This document shows, piece after piece, positions 13,401 through 24,224 of a stretch of DNA of 64,000 nucleotides. Within the stretch, counting starts at the first letter, position 1; the number at the start of each line of letters is the position of its first letter. Below the pieces are notes generated by a model. The model saw only the letters and a list, made by a program, of their open reading frames with translations, did no database searches and was not told the origin of the DNA. The DNA lies in NCBI GenBank assembly GCA_002269645.1, contig NIVC01000109.1, positions 186,001-250,000 on the forward strand, in the 5' to 3' direction. Origin of the DNA: Macrostomum lignano (Eukaryota). A program made the position numbers and the translations under genes.

Positions 13401-16400
13401 GCAATCAGCGCGAGGATTAACTTTAAACGTTATGCTACTCGTGACAATACTGTCTTTTTCTCATTGTTCATTTTCTATTAGCAAAGTTTAGTGAATCCAT
13501 ATTCTTATTCTTTTATGTTCAAACAAGTGCAGTAAAATTTTGCAGACGCTGCCCTGCGGAAAAGTTTCAAATTAGGTTGGAGACATTCAATTTCCACCCT
13601 TTCTTATGAGCTGTACTTGGCTTAACTTGTGACAAAATTAACAAAATTACAACAAACCATCACTCCATCAATGATTTGTTGCCAAGTGAATGCGATGAAT
13701 TTGCTATCCGGCAGTATTGCTGCATTTCTAATAAAAGAAAACCTAGATTCATGTATTCCAGATTTTGTGAAACAAGGCCAATTAGGGTTGGAAGCCGACG
13801 TCAGCTGCCGACGTTCGGACGACGTTCGCTAGATGTAAGTGGTTGCCTTGGCGTCTTCTGATACCCTAGAGACCTCCTTCAGAATTTCATCTACGCCGCT
13901 GAGCAATGGGCGGATCGCTGCGGTCTAAAGCTCTCTGAGACAAAGATGGCAGCGATCATGTTCACCGGCAGGACTATTTCGCAGATTCGGCCGCTTACGC
14001 TTTACGGAAAGAAAGCAGGCTGGGATTACCCTGGACCAAAGGCTGAACTGGTCACCCCACGCTAGGAATGCAGCCAAGAGGGCCCTCGCAATTCTCGTGA
14101 AGCTGCGCAGGGCCGTCGATACCACCTGGGGGCTCACCCCCAAGCGCCTCTGGGGGATCTACACTGCAATGGTTAGACCTGCTATCTCGTACGGCGGCCT
14201 GATCTGGGCTAGCGCCCTGCAGATGAAACCTGCCTAGAGACTTTCTGGAGAGCGCAAGGGCGCGCATGCCGCATGATCATGAGCGCCCCCCGTCTGCTCC
14301 TTACAATGGCCTCAACGCCCTCCTCAACATTCCCCCTCTGGACATATTTGTCTGCAGGGAAGCTGCTAAGACTGCCCGCCGTCTGATTGACGCCGGCATT
14401 CGTTTCCTGCCCCGTAGGGTCATGCCTAAGCACAAGCTCCTGCCTCACGCCGACCTCTGCCTTAAAGACTTGAGAGAAAGCGGCGGGCTCCACGTCTTAT
14501 CTGACAGTGAACCCCGCGCTCTCAACCTCTTTCAGCTCTACAAGGTCACCATCCCCTCAAGGGATGCTGCCACTGACCACTGGAATTTCCAGGAGGTCCA
14601 TTGTTAGTTGTTACACGGACGGACCCATCAGACGGCTACGCCGGCTTTGGGTCTGCATCATCATCATCATCAACGGCCGCGTCATTGCCACGCATGCCCA
14701 GCACACTAGCAGACTCTGCACGGTCTTCCAGAACAAAGTCTTTGCTATCAGTTCCTGCGCTGCAGAACTTAATGCCAAAGGTATGAAAGGAGAGACTATC
14801 GTCATCCACTCTGACAGCCCAGCAGCCTTGCAGGCCCTTTGCCACACCTCCACGAACTCCCCGACAGTCACTGACTGCGCCCGGCAGCTCAACCTCCTGT
14901 CCAGTAGCAATACTGTCAGGCTGAAGTAAATTCCAGGAACGAGATGGCAGACACCCTCGACAAGAGGGGCGGCTCCGGCTCCTTCCTGGGCTCTGAGCCT
15001 CTTGGTCCCTATCCTTTCCACGGTCATCAATCGTCAGATCGACGGCTGAGCTAGATCTCTTCACAGGGACAGATGGGCTGGCACCCAGAAATCGTGTCTC
15101 TCTCGCAGGCTCAGGAACATCCTTCTTAACCAAAATCAATAGGATATCCGCGCCGCTGTCGATGACACTTACCGGTCATTACTACCTCGCCAGACACTGC
15201 TTTCTCCAAGGCGACCTCGAGAGTGAACTTTGCCCTTTTTGCGAATAAAGATGCTCAGCACTTTGTCTGTCACTGCTCTTTCTTTACCAGAGACTGGCTA
15301 CGCTACCTCGGACCCACCCCGTCTATCGACGAGGTCTGCCAGCCAGCCCGAAAGCATCTCCGGGCAACAAGACGAGCCATTCTGTTCACCACGGAAGATC
15401 ACGCTGCAGGACGGACTGGCAGACCACCCTGACCGGCCCTGCGCCCTTGCCTGTCTGCGGGCCTTTAGGGGCTAGCGGAATGGGCGACCCTCGCCTCCCC
15501 GCTTGTGTCCGCAGACCACCCTGCAAATAAGTCAAGCCTCAATCAGCAGCTCAGCAGTTTAGCAGCAGGGCGATTTGGTTTGCAGGCTGCATTCTCCAGG
15601 CTAAGATTAGAGGCCATTAGATTGAATTAAAGTCCATTCTTAGGGTGGATCAGCGGCTGTTCTTAAAGTGGATTAGAAGCGATATTAGGGACCTTTAACG
15701 CCAAATGATTTGTCTAGATAAGATTTTAGTTTTTAGAGCCTATTTAAATATCAATATTTAAAAAAGCTGAATTAACAACTCATTGTGCATCACCTGTCAG
15801 GCCGTCCACTCTCGTCCCTGTAACACCTGGCCAGCTGAAAATAGCGATCAAATCCGGCCATCATGAGTAGCTGTTTGAGCTGCTGAGGACTCTGAACAAG
15901 CGAGTAGCCCTGGCAGCGCTCTCCTCTGCCCCTGTGCAATCGTGCCGGGACCACGAACTCCCTGGCGCCACCGGGCGTGGCTCGGAACAGCGTCGGCGTC
16001 TCCAGCTCGACAAAGCGATGCTGCTCAACCAGGAACCGGCGCAGGCTGTGCAGCAGAGACGATCGGAGCTCCAGACGGCACTGCATAGAGTCAGAGCGAA
16101 GGGCCAGGTGCCTGCGATAAAGGGTTGATTAGCAGATGCAAGGTTAGCACTGATGAATGACAAACTGGCTGATGACTCACCGAAACTGTCACTGATGACC
16201 CACCGAGACTGTGACTGATTACCCACTGAAACCGGGACCGATGACCCATTGAAACAAGATTGGTAATAACCTACTGAATTCAAGATTCATGACCCAGTCC
16301 CACGGAAGCCGGTACTGATGACCCAAACGCGATGAAGCTGGGGTTGATCAGCTGAAGTCCCAGCCCCGAAGTCCCAACACGGATGCACTAGCCTGTATTT

Positions 16401-17487
16401 CAACCGGGTCTCCGACATGCCTCTGTCAGCGTTCTGTGGCAGCAGCGGCACTGCCTCATTCGCCACGGGACCCATGACCGTCACGGTGTCGGCCACGAGT
16501 TCGATTTCTCCAGTTGGCATGCTGGGATTTCGATCCCGCTCGGGACGGAGCTGCACTAAACCGGACACTTGCAGGGTTGATTCCAGCGGCGCTGAGCGGA
16601 GAGCCGCCCGAGCTGCCGGGTTGGCCGGCACAACCTGCGGGGATGGGACGGTTTGGGACCAGTAGTTCGGAATCGGGAAGATTCGGACACAGATTTTAGA
16701 AATGGGAAGATTCGGACACAAAGATTTCGGGATCAGGAAGATTTAGGACAAATAATATCGAATTGGAAAAGATTTTGGAATCAGGAAGATTCAGACACAA
16801 TGATTTCAGAATCGGGGAGATTCGGGCTTAAATATTTTGGAATCGGGAAGATTCGGACACTATAATTTCGGAATCGGGGAGATTTGGACACAAATATTTT
16901 GGAATAGGGAAGATTCGGATACTATGATTTCGGAATTGGGAAGATTCGGTCACAATGATTTCGGAATCAGGGAGCTTTATACACAAATATTTCGGAATAG
17001 GGAAGATTCGGACACAATGATTTCGGAATTGGGAAGATTCGGTCACAATGATTTCGGAATCAGGGAGCTTTATACACAAATATTTCGGAATAGGGAAGAT
17101 TCGGACACAATGATTTCGGAATTGGGAAGATTCGGACACAATGATTTTGGAATCGGGGAGATTTTGACACAAATATTTTGGAATAGGGAAGATTCGACTA
17201 TGATTTCGGAATTGGGAAGATTCGGACAAGGAACCAATGAACATTGTACAGCAGACAAATACCTGAACAGTCCCATAGCGATCCCGCAGCAGGGCGAACT
17301 GTCCCCGATTCCGCAGGCGGGCAAGCCAGCCGCACAAAGTGGCGGGTTGGCCAGCGAGGCTCGAGCTGAGCTGGCCGCAGGCGTGACTGCGCAGTGAAGT
17401 TGCTAAACTGCCGGCATTGCTGCTCAGACTGCGAAGCCAGCTGCGGCAAATTTGGCAGCTTAGTATAGATAGGCGCTGTGCAATCAT
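4475..17487 (-). CDS. DARS2: Mitochondrial aspartyl-tRNA synthetase (6 exons, about 617 aa)
   Basis: Exons 17487-17263, 16634-16393, 16111-15794, 7422-6978, 6192-5833, 4738-4475 join in frame (1854 nt). Arg/Ser/Leu-rich presequence-like N-terminus, OB-fold (LRDRYGTVQ; GEIEL), class II motifs [63 protein letters not shown] and C-terminal FPKT. Confidence 0.93.
4820..5660. repeat. 21-bp minisatellite (DARS2 intron 5)
   Basis: Unit GGGTTCCGAATCTCACTTTTA; gives the 7-aa periodic ORFs (FRVPNLT). Confidence 0.95.
6460..6905. repeat. 23-bp minisatellite (DARS2 intron 4)
   Basis: Unit TAGGGAGATTCCAATGAGATCTA with variants. Confidence 0.9.
7990..8630 (+). mobile_element. Degraded RTE-like LINE fragments
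   Basis: [15 protein letters not shown] (RT domain-1 motif) and terminal C2H2-like [18 protein letters not shown], separated by a large deletion. Confidence 0.6.
8731..9182 (+). mobile_element. Chapaev/CMC-like transposase C-terminal relic
   Basis: Frameshifted translation [10 protein letters not shown] ... [16 protein letters not shown] ... [18 protein letters not shown]...HPEY matches the PKxH / SEQxxESxH catalytic region. Confidence 0.62.
9809..10715 (+). mobile_element. Possible LTR plus start of Gypsy gag
   Basis: TG-starting non-coding stretch, then [33 protein letters not shown], resembling the gag P..F....DF..W..F..Y..A motif; interrupted by the LINE below. Confidence 0.35.
10720..11810 (+). 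mobile_element. Jockey/I-clade LINE reverse transcriptase fragment
   Basis: [44 protein letters not shown]; broken by frameshifts and stops. Confidence 0.85.
12080..12960 (+). mobile_element. CACTA/EnSpm transposase (Tnp2-type) relic plus downstream accessory ORF fragment
   Basis: [51 protein letters not shown]; downstream VVQF...VEYV..W....CYWP motif. Confidence 0.75.
13925..15475 (+). mobile_element. R1/LOA-clade LINE 3' part (RT C-terminus plus RNase H), degraded
   Basis: [42 protein letters not shown], downstream GH/C-rich end; multiple frameshifts. Confidence 0.82.
16665..17230. repeat. 31-bp minisatellite with 93-bp higher-order repeat (DARS2 intron 1)
   Basis: Unit GGGAAGATTCGGACACAATGATTTCGGAATT; 31-aa periodicity in the read-through ORFs. 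Confidence 0.92.
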
Positions 17488-17529
17488 CGATGCAGCAGCA
17501 TGCACTGAAATCTAATTAGTTGAATTTAG

Positions 17530-18700
17530 GCTAACTCTAACTGATGCTCTGCTTCAACTAGTACTAGTACTATTAATATCATAACTCCCATCAAATCAAC
17601 AGCTCCAATGGTCTTTCAAGACTCAGATGAATGGTATTACTAGATACAGGAACTAGATATGGGAAATATGTATTCCCATAACCATATTCATATGCTTTGT
17701 CTAAAAACCTCCATATCTATAAACTTCCCAAAGCCATATTCCTTGCTATGGCAGAACTCTAGTGCATTTTTGTCAACTTGTGGGCCAAGAGCTAAAAAGT
17801 GGAGCAACAAATTATGCTGAAGAATCTAGCTGGGTAAAGAGACCACTATGAGTAGCCAAAGTAAATCACAAAAATTGATCTCCCTAACAACAAAAAAGGT
17901 AAAAAAGACAATGAGTAGTTGTCATGAGGGGACTGTCAGGATAGAGATTTTCCATAGCCTCTTGAATCCTATTAACTCCACATTCATTATTCCCAAATAA
18001 ATCTAGTTCTAGTTCCCATAGCTATCTTTTATGAGATATTTGTATGAGCTCCCTAGGGTTGGGGACTCAAACAATGGATTTTCAATACCATGAGCATGTT
18101 AGGTGGTAAAGGCTAAATATTTGAAGATAAATTCTTTGCACAATATTTTTTATATAATGAATATGTACTAGCGGTGTTCCTGTACAATACAAAATCCTAC
18201 CACTGAGACCAAAAGTTGATGTAGGGCTTGCTTCTGTTCTGTCTTTATAAATAATCCTACTGGTTAGCCACCAAAGTTGTAACAGGGGTTATTTCTTCTT
18301 ACTGATCTTACTGGTTATTACTTGCCTTTTTACTGGTAGTGCATGTACTTCTATTGGTAGTGTGTATACTTTTTAGCCTGAGTGGTCTAATGGCACTGTC
18401 TATCCTATTCCTATAGTCCTCTAAAGATATTATTCTCTCAGTCCTAGGCGTTCCCAGGATCAGAGGGTCACAGCTTATTTGCTAGTTATTCTGCCCTGAG
18501 GTGGGTATCTCAGACTCTGAGTCTGGACTTCTCTACCTTGTGGTAGGATCTCTGCCTTTCTAAAGGCAACTTCTCAGATTTCTAGATTTAGATTTTTCAT
18601 TCTTCTGAGAATGGTTTGAACTCTCCCATTTTTGGCTTCTTAATGCTTCTACCTAAATAACTAAGTCAGTAAGTATTGAACAAGGCTTCAATTTCGAGAT
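17530..18700 (-). mobile_element. Heavily decayed LINE endonuclease (APE)-like relic
   Basis: Fragmentary translation KQALHQLL..FCIVQEH, LLG(D)(F)N-like and terminal xDH-like motifs; many stops, CpG-poor. Confidence 0.35.
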
Positions 18701-20067
18701 ACTAGAACAATTTCAAGCTTGAAGCAAGTGGCGGACAAGTTGGTTTCCTTTTGATTCTGCTTGTGTATTTATACCCCTTTCTCAGTTTTGTTTTAAACAA
18801 ATAAAATTTCATAATATTTATAATATTACTGATATTATACTCATTAAAACAAAAATAGCCTAGTTTCAAATACAATTACTTTCTAAGAAAATGAGCAATG
18901 CTAAATAAGGCCTATCTCAAATAAATAAGACCTAGTAATAAGTGATAGGTTGAACTATTGATGTCATTTTTTATTTTATCACTATATTATAGTGAATACT
19001 AGAAAAACTATAGCCATTAAATTTAATAGCATTAAACATTAAAGAAAATTAATTTGTTAGGTACACAAGATATAGATATAATATAGCCACACTCCAGATC
19101 ATGTAGTATACACCAAAATTTGGGCCTGTATTGGCCTTGCATGCCTAAAGTTGTGCATACATACCTGGTGTGCATTTCATAGAATCATGCAGAAAAAAGT
19201 TAAACTTTTCATATTTAAGCATAAATTTCAAGCTCTCTAGCTTTTAAGCTCAATAATAAGGCATTTAAACAAATTTTTGTACACATTAAATTATTGCTAT
19301 AAATAGTCTAGACAAAAAAGAAAAATAATCAACTAAATTATCAGCCAAAAAAGGTATTTTATGCAATGCAAAAAAAGGTCATTCACTGTTGAAATTCAAG
19401 AAGGTCATTTATTCTTGCAACATAGGTCTAGATTTAAGAGTTTAAGCATATATTCAATTTTTTTATATGCATTTATAAATATTAGATTTTTGTTTAGGTA
19501 TGCACCTAGCATGATCCAGACTCATTAACAGAATTAGGGAGAGGGGGGCACATAGGGTAGGCCTACATGCTTCCTGTTGAGTTTGATTTTTTATATGGAA
19601 AATACACATTATCATTAGTACCTTTAGTAATCTGTGTTCCCCTATTACAATTTTTTGGATTTGCACTTGTCTAGACTACAGTGATATAGATATGAACAAA
19701 ATATATAGAATGTTTAGTTACACTTATAATAGAAATAGAACGATAATATCAAGGGGTTAAAGATCAAGGTTAAAGATCTAGCTTAAAAATTGACTATAGA
19801 CTAGGCCCTAGAAGAGAATTTTTATAAATAGGTCTTAGGAATTACAAAGTTTTTACAAAAGTGAGTACTATTTAGAAACATATAGGCTTAAAGTAATAAT
19901 AAGAAAAGGATAGAGATAGACCTATATTAAAAAAAGGAAAAAGAAAAGAATTGGGTATAGTATTGTTTGCATCTAGTTTTTGACCACCATTTAATAAAAT
20001 TAGATAACTATATTTCTAATTCTGAAATTCAAGCTTTGAAATCTTATTTTCAAAAAATTTCTATAGG

Positions 20068-20445
20068 CAATGGCATAATTAGGAATTTCAATTTGAGAGG
20101 GGGTTGGCTTGGCTGGCTATGCCTTATGCCATTGCCACTTTTGGCACTGCAAGCACTTAGTTAAACACTGCAAGCACTCATTTTAGCGCCGCAAGCACTC
20201 ATTTTGGCATCGTAGGCACTCATTTTAGCATCTATAGGTACTCATTTTAGTGCCGTAGGCACTCATTTTGGTGCCACAGGCACTCATTTTAGTGTCATAG
20301 GCCTAGGCACTCATTTCAGTACCACAGGCACTCATTTTAGCACTGCAGGCACTCAATTGCCTCATGGTTTTTGGTACTTGTCACACCCAACCCCCCCCCT
20401 CCGGCAATTGGGGGGGGGGCTGTGGCCCCCATGGCTACGCCACTG
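20068..20445. mobile_element. Non-autonomous TIR element (hAT-like MITE) with 8-bp TSD and internal 22-bp minisatellite
   Basis: TSD TCTATAGG at 20060-20067 and 20446-20453; termini CAATGGCATAATT versus reverse complement CAGTGGCGTAGCC; about 9 copies of GCACTCATTTTAG-containing units inside. Confidence 0.75.
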
Positions 20446-21849
20446 TCTATAGGCTTAGTCTAGGTAGTAGGTGAAATAGGGCCTACTAAATATCAAAAAG
20501 GGCCAATTCAAGACAAGATCTAGGCCTAGGCCCCTACTATACTGAATATAGGCCCTATTTCACAAACAATGATGCTTAAAAAATATTGGGCCCATTCTAT
20601 AAAGCCATCGTAAGATAAGATCGATCTTAGCTCCTATCTTCGCAGTGTAAAAGTTCCGACGTACAATCGAACTTACGCTACGACAGCTTTATAGTATGAC
20701 CCCATTTACACTAAACTAGACTGATGAATGTTTCTTAATAATAATACTAATAGGCCTAAATTTGTCTTTATTAAGCCTAATCTAATCTGTTACTTCAGAT
20801 CAATTTTATTGAAGATAGGCCTATGATGTCAGCCTTGTCAGTCATCAATTAATAGCATAAATCCATAATTTAAAAATTGCAAGCAAATCCAACAATCAAA
20901 ATTGACAAATTCAAAAGGCCTATCCAAATCCAATGTATCCATAATACAATATTCTTATGCATACTTTTAGCAAGATATCAAAATATTAAGGTCGACGTAG
21001 CTTCTTGCTCACACGTCTTGCTTACACAACACAAGTCATGTGTCATGTCTAAGGTCTAGGACTAATCTTACTTTTACTCTTACTTAAAGTAGGCCTTGGT
21101 CACACACGCACGTGTGTGCAATCTGTTCTCAGAAGAAAGCAAAGCCTCTTTGAAATTTCAAAATTTACATGCAAACAGACTTTCATGGGAAGTAAATACC
21201 TTAAATTTCAAAAGAAATTTTTATTCCTTTGTACCAGCAAAGTTTGCATTTAACTTTTTTACCTTTCTGACACAGTAACTTTTGTTAGAATCTGAGAAAA
21301 TTTTCTGAATAATCTGAGAAGCTTAGCTCGCGCACAACCATCTTAAAAACTTGAGCTAATTTAATTGTTATTGCATGCCTAGTGGTAACGGCGACCATGT
21401 ATTTTGACCAATAGACACGAAAACAAAACATTTATGAGCTTAAAATAGTGTAACTATGAAACAGATACTAAATACATGTAATCATTATACACTTTTACAA
21501 CAGGGCTAGGAAATATATGGGATCCCTATCAAAATTGTGTTATCGTTGCTATACGTACCTCGAGGTTAATTGCCGAATATAGGCCTACACAAGTAGAGTT
21601 TGAAAGGATGTGCTTTTTACGAGCTTCTCTTTCTCTATTTATACACGCGCTTAATTGCAATATTTCGATATTTCAACGGTAGAAGACAAGCTGCAGGATA
21701 TACGCTGCTCAAAACTGAAATATTGGACCACAGTTTTACAAGGAATTTTGCCGGCAAAACGAAGACCAGCAACTACATGGTGTTGTTAATGACTTCAGTT
21801 CTGTGGCTCGAGTGGTGCTTAGTTGTGTTGAAAATCCGCTGCATGAGCA

Positions 21850-22200
21850 CCTGCGACATATCTAGAGACACCTTACACTTACCAATGTCGAACCTATTTT
21901 CACATGCAAAGCCAACTGACTGCGGACCATTTCGATCCAACGCCGCCAGAGATTTTCCAACCATTCAAGTTCTACAGCAGAAGCCGGTCAAGCAGGCGAA
22001 TCTGTGTGGCAGAGTTCCTGGCTGAGCTTCGCAAATTGGCATGACCAAGGACTGCAATTTCAGCGATGGCCTCAGCAGCATGCTCAGGAATCGGCAGGTT
22101 CTGGAATCAGCGATGATTGCATACAGCGACGATCGACTCTTTATGAAGAAAGAGTTGACGTTGGCATGCAATAAATGGAGTCTTTGCAGTAAGAGACAGC
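21850..22200 (+). mobile_element. Degraded Gypsy gag fragment
   Basis: Frameshifted HFDPTPPEIFQPFKFYSR..GESV.EFLAELRKLA..CNF....SMLRNR..GISDDCIQRR. Confidence 0.65.
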
Positions 22201-22349
22201 GCATTTACTGCATGCTAAAGAGAAAAACCAATAAAGACTACTTTAAGAAGATAAATGGCATTAAATCGTCCTGGAGAAATAACTTCAGGTGTTTCCACGC
22301 GAGCCGAGGCAGCCAGATGGCAAACTAAATAGCAGGCAAAAAGATCAAA

Positions 22350-22720
22350 GGGGGAGAGCAGACGGCAGCCAAGGCCTGCAGCTCAGAGAATATTTTAGGG
22401 TTTATGGCTAGGATTCATTTCCAAAACTTCCTCACGTCTATCATTCAAAGTTTCTTCAATTTTAGGACAGATCAAGGAAACAGCACCGGCCGTCTTCTCG
22501 CTGTACTAGGTGTTGATCGCGGCTCGATGCACTTCATGGCCAGCTGGTGCAGGTGGACCTCGAATCCGCAGCTGGCTGCGATTATGATGCAGAGCCTGAC
22601 CAGCCTTTGCGGCGTAGAGCCGCTGGTTAGTCGAGCGACTCCGTGAGCCGAGGTTCGCTCAGCAAACGCCACGAGTAAATTGGTCCGGTTTTCGTTTTGC
22701 TCCTGAGCTTCTTCAGCCAT
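22350..22720 (-). pseudogene. Internally deleted, frameshifted DEG/ENaC copy (A): exon 1 plus start of exon 6 of paralogue B
   Basis: Near-identical to B exon 1 (MAEEAQEQNENRTNLL..TSAHGVARLTSGSTPQRL) but with a 1-nt deletion near CIEP and further deletions. It keeps the exon-1 donor, followed by sequence matching the B intron-5 acceptor and start of exon 6 (ctgcag|gccttggc). Confidence 0.8.
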
Positions 22721-24224
22721 GGCACAGAGCAGGGAACCCGTTTAATAAGACTAAAATGAATCAGCTAGAAAGACGCAGCTTCTATGTAATGATGTAATCA
22801 TTTGAATGTCTCATCCCAAATCCAAATGATTGAATTCGGTTCCTTCTTGTTTTAACTTAAACTGTCTAATCGGTTGTCAAGGCAACAGAAAATTTTGCTT
22901 CCCATTTTTTCGAAGGAAGAGACAGACAGAATCCTTTTTCCCGTAGGTTTTGGAGGAATACTACTCCTACCATCGCAGATACAACAGCAGCAGAGAGTCA
23001 GTTAGAGTCAACACAAAGAGAATAACAATTCTGTTTATTCTGCAGGCTTACTTTGTCTAGACTCTGCAACTACCGGCAGAGACTATAGGGCAGAAGAAGT
23101 GCCTCCTGCCTCAAGCATTATCAACAGTGTCTTGGAAGGCTTAATCGAATGGATTGGGGAGCAGGGAGATTTATCAAAGCACAAGCATTTATCAAAGTTA
23201 AGCGGTTTTACGCTATATTATTATTCGTACTTCTTTGCTACTGATTCAGTCAGAAGCCAAAGTGAGGCAGACTTATTGGTGCTTGCCTGAGGGTTAGCTG
23301 CAGATGTCCCTGGGCATTTGTGAGCCAGAATGATGACGGTGGATTCCACTCCTAATCTGTCATGGGCAGCTGTTTCACCATCAAGCGAATACTGCAAATA
23401 CTGCAAATACTACAAGCGAATGTCCATAACAATGCCAACAAAAACAACAATGCTACCCAGCAATGCTACCCCCAGCAATGCTACCCCGATAACGAGGCTC
23501 ATTCACACTGTCGAAGGAGCCGGCATGCAGATGCCATAACGGCATAACTGATATACAATGTGACGAATAGGTTCTAATAGCTATTTGATTTATGCAACAA
23601 TTGGCTTGATTTAACTTGATTGTGATTGTGACTACGAGAGTTGAAACTACGCTCGTATTTAGTATATGGATTGCTGCCATGGTTGTAAATTGCTTTCCAT
23701 CCAAATCAATTTAGCTGGCATAATGTAATATTATTTAGTGACTAGTTCAAAACAACCTATTTTAACCCTGATTATACAGGTAAATAATCCTCATTATCAA
23801 GACAAAACGATCAAGACAGCTTCTTCCCGAAATTTTCTCTATCCAATCTCTGATAGTCAAAATTATGAGTCAAAATAAACACTTTGTATTCGTTTCCACC
23901 AAGTAACTCGACATAGCCATATGTTTTGTGAAATTTAAAGCGAGAGTGGACCATCGATTAATCACCCAGCAACAATTCAACTTGCTTAAAGAGTCAATTA
24001 AGACTTGCTTGTACATCGTCAGAAAATCATGCTTTATATAAGACCAGTACGCACAAAGTAACTAATTTGAAACGAAAAAGAAAATCTAATCCAAAAAGGT
24101 TGATAGTACGAGTAATAAGAGTTAACAAAGTTACAACAAAACAACAAACACAACAAAATAGCTTCAAAATCATCAACTCGGGTCGCCAGGGAATATAGCG
24201 CTTTTCTCACAATCTTATCAGCGG

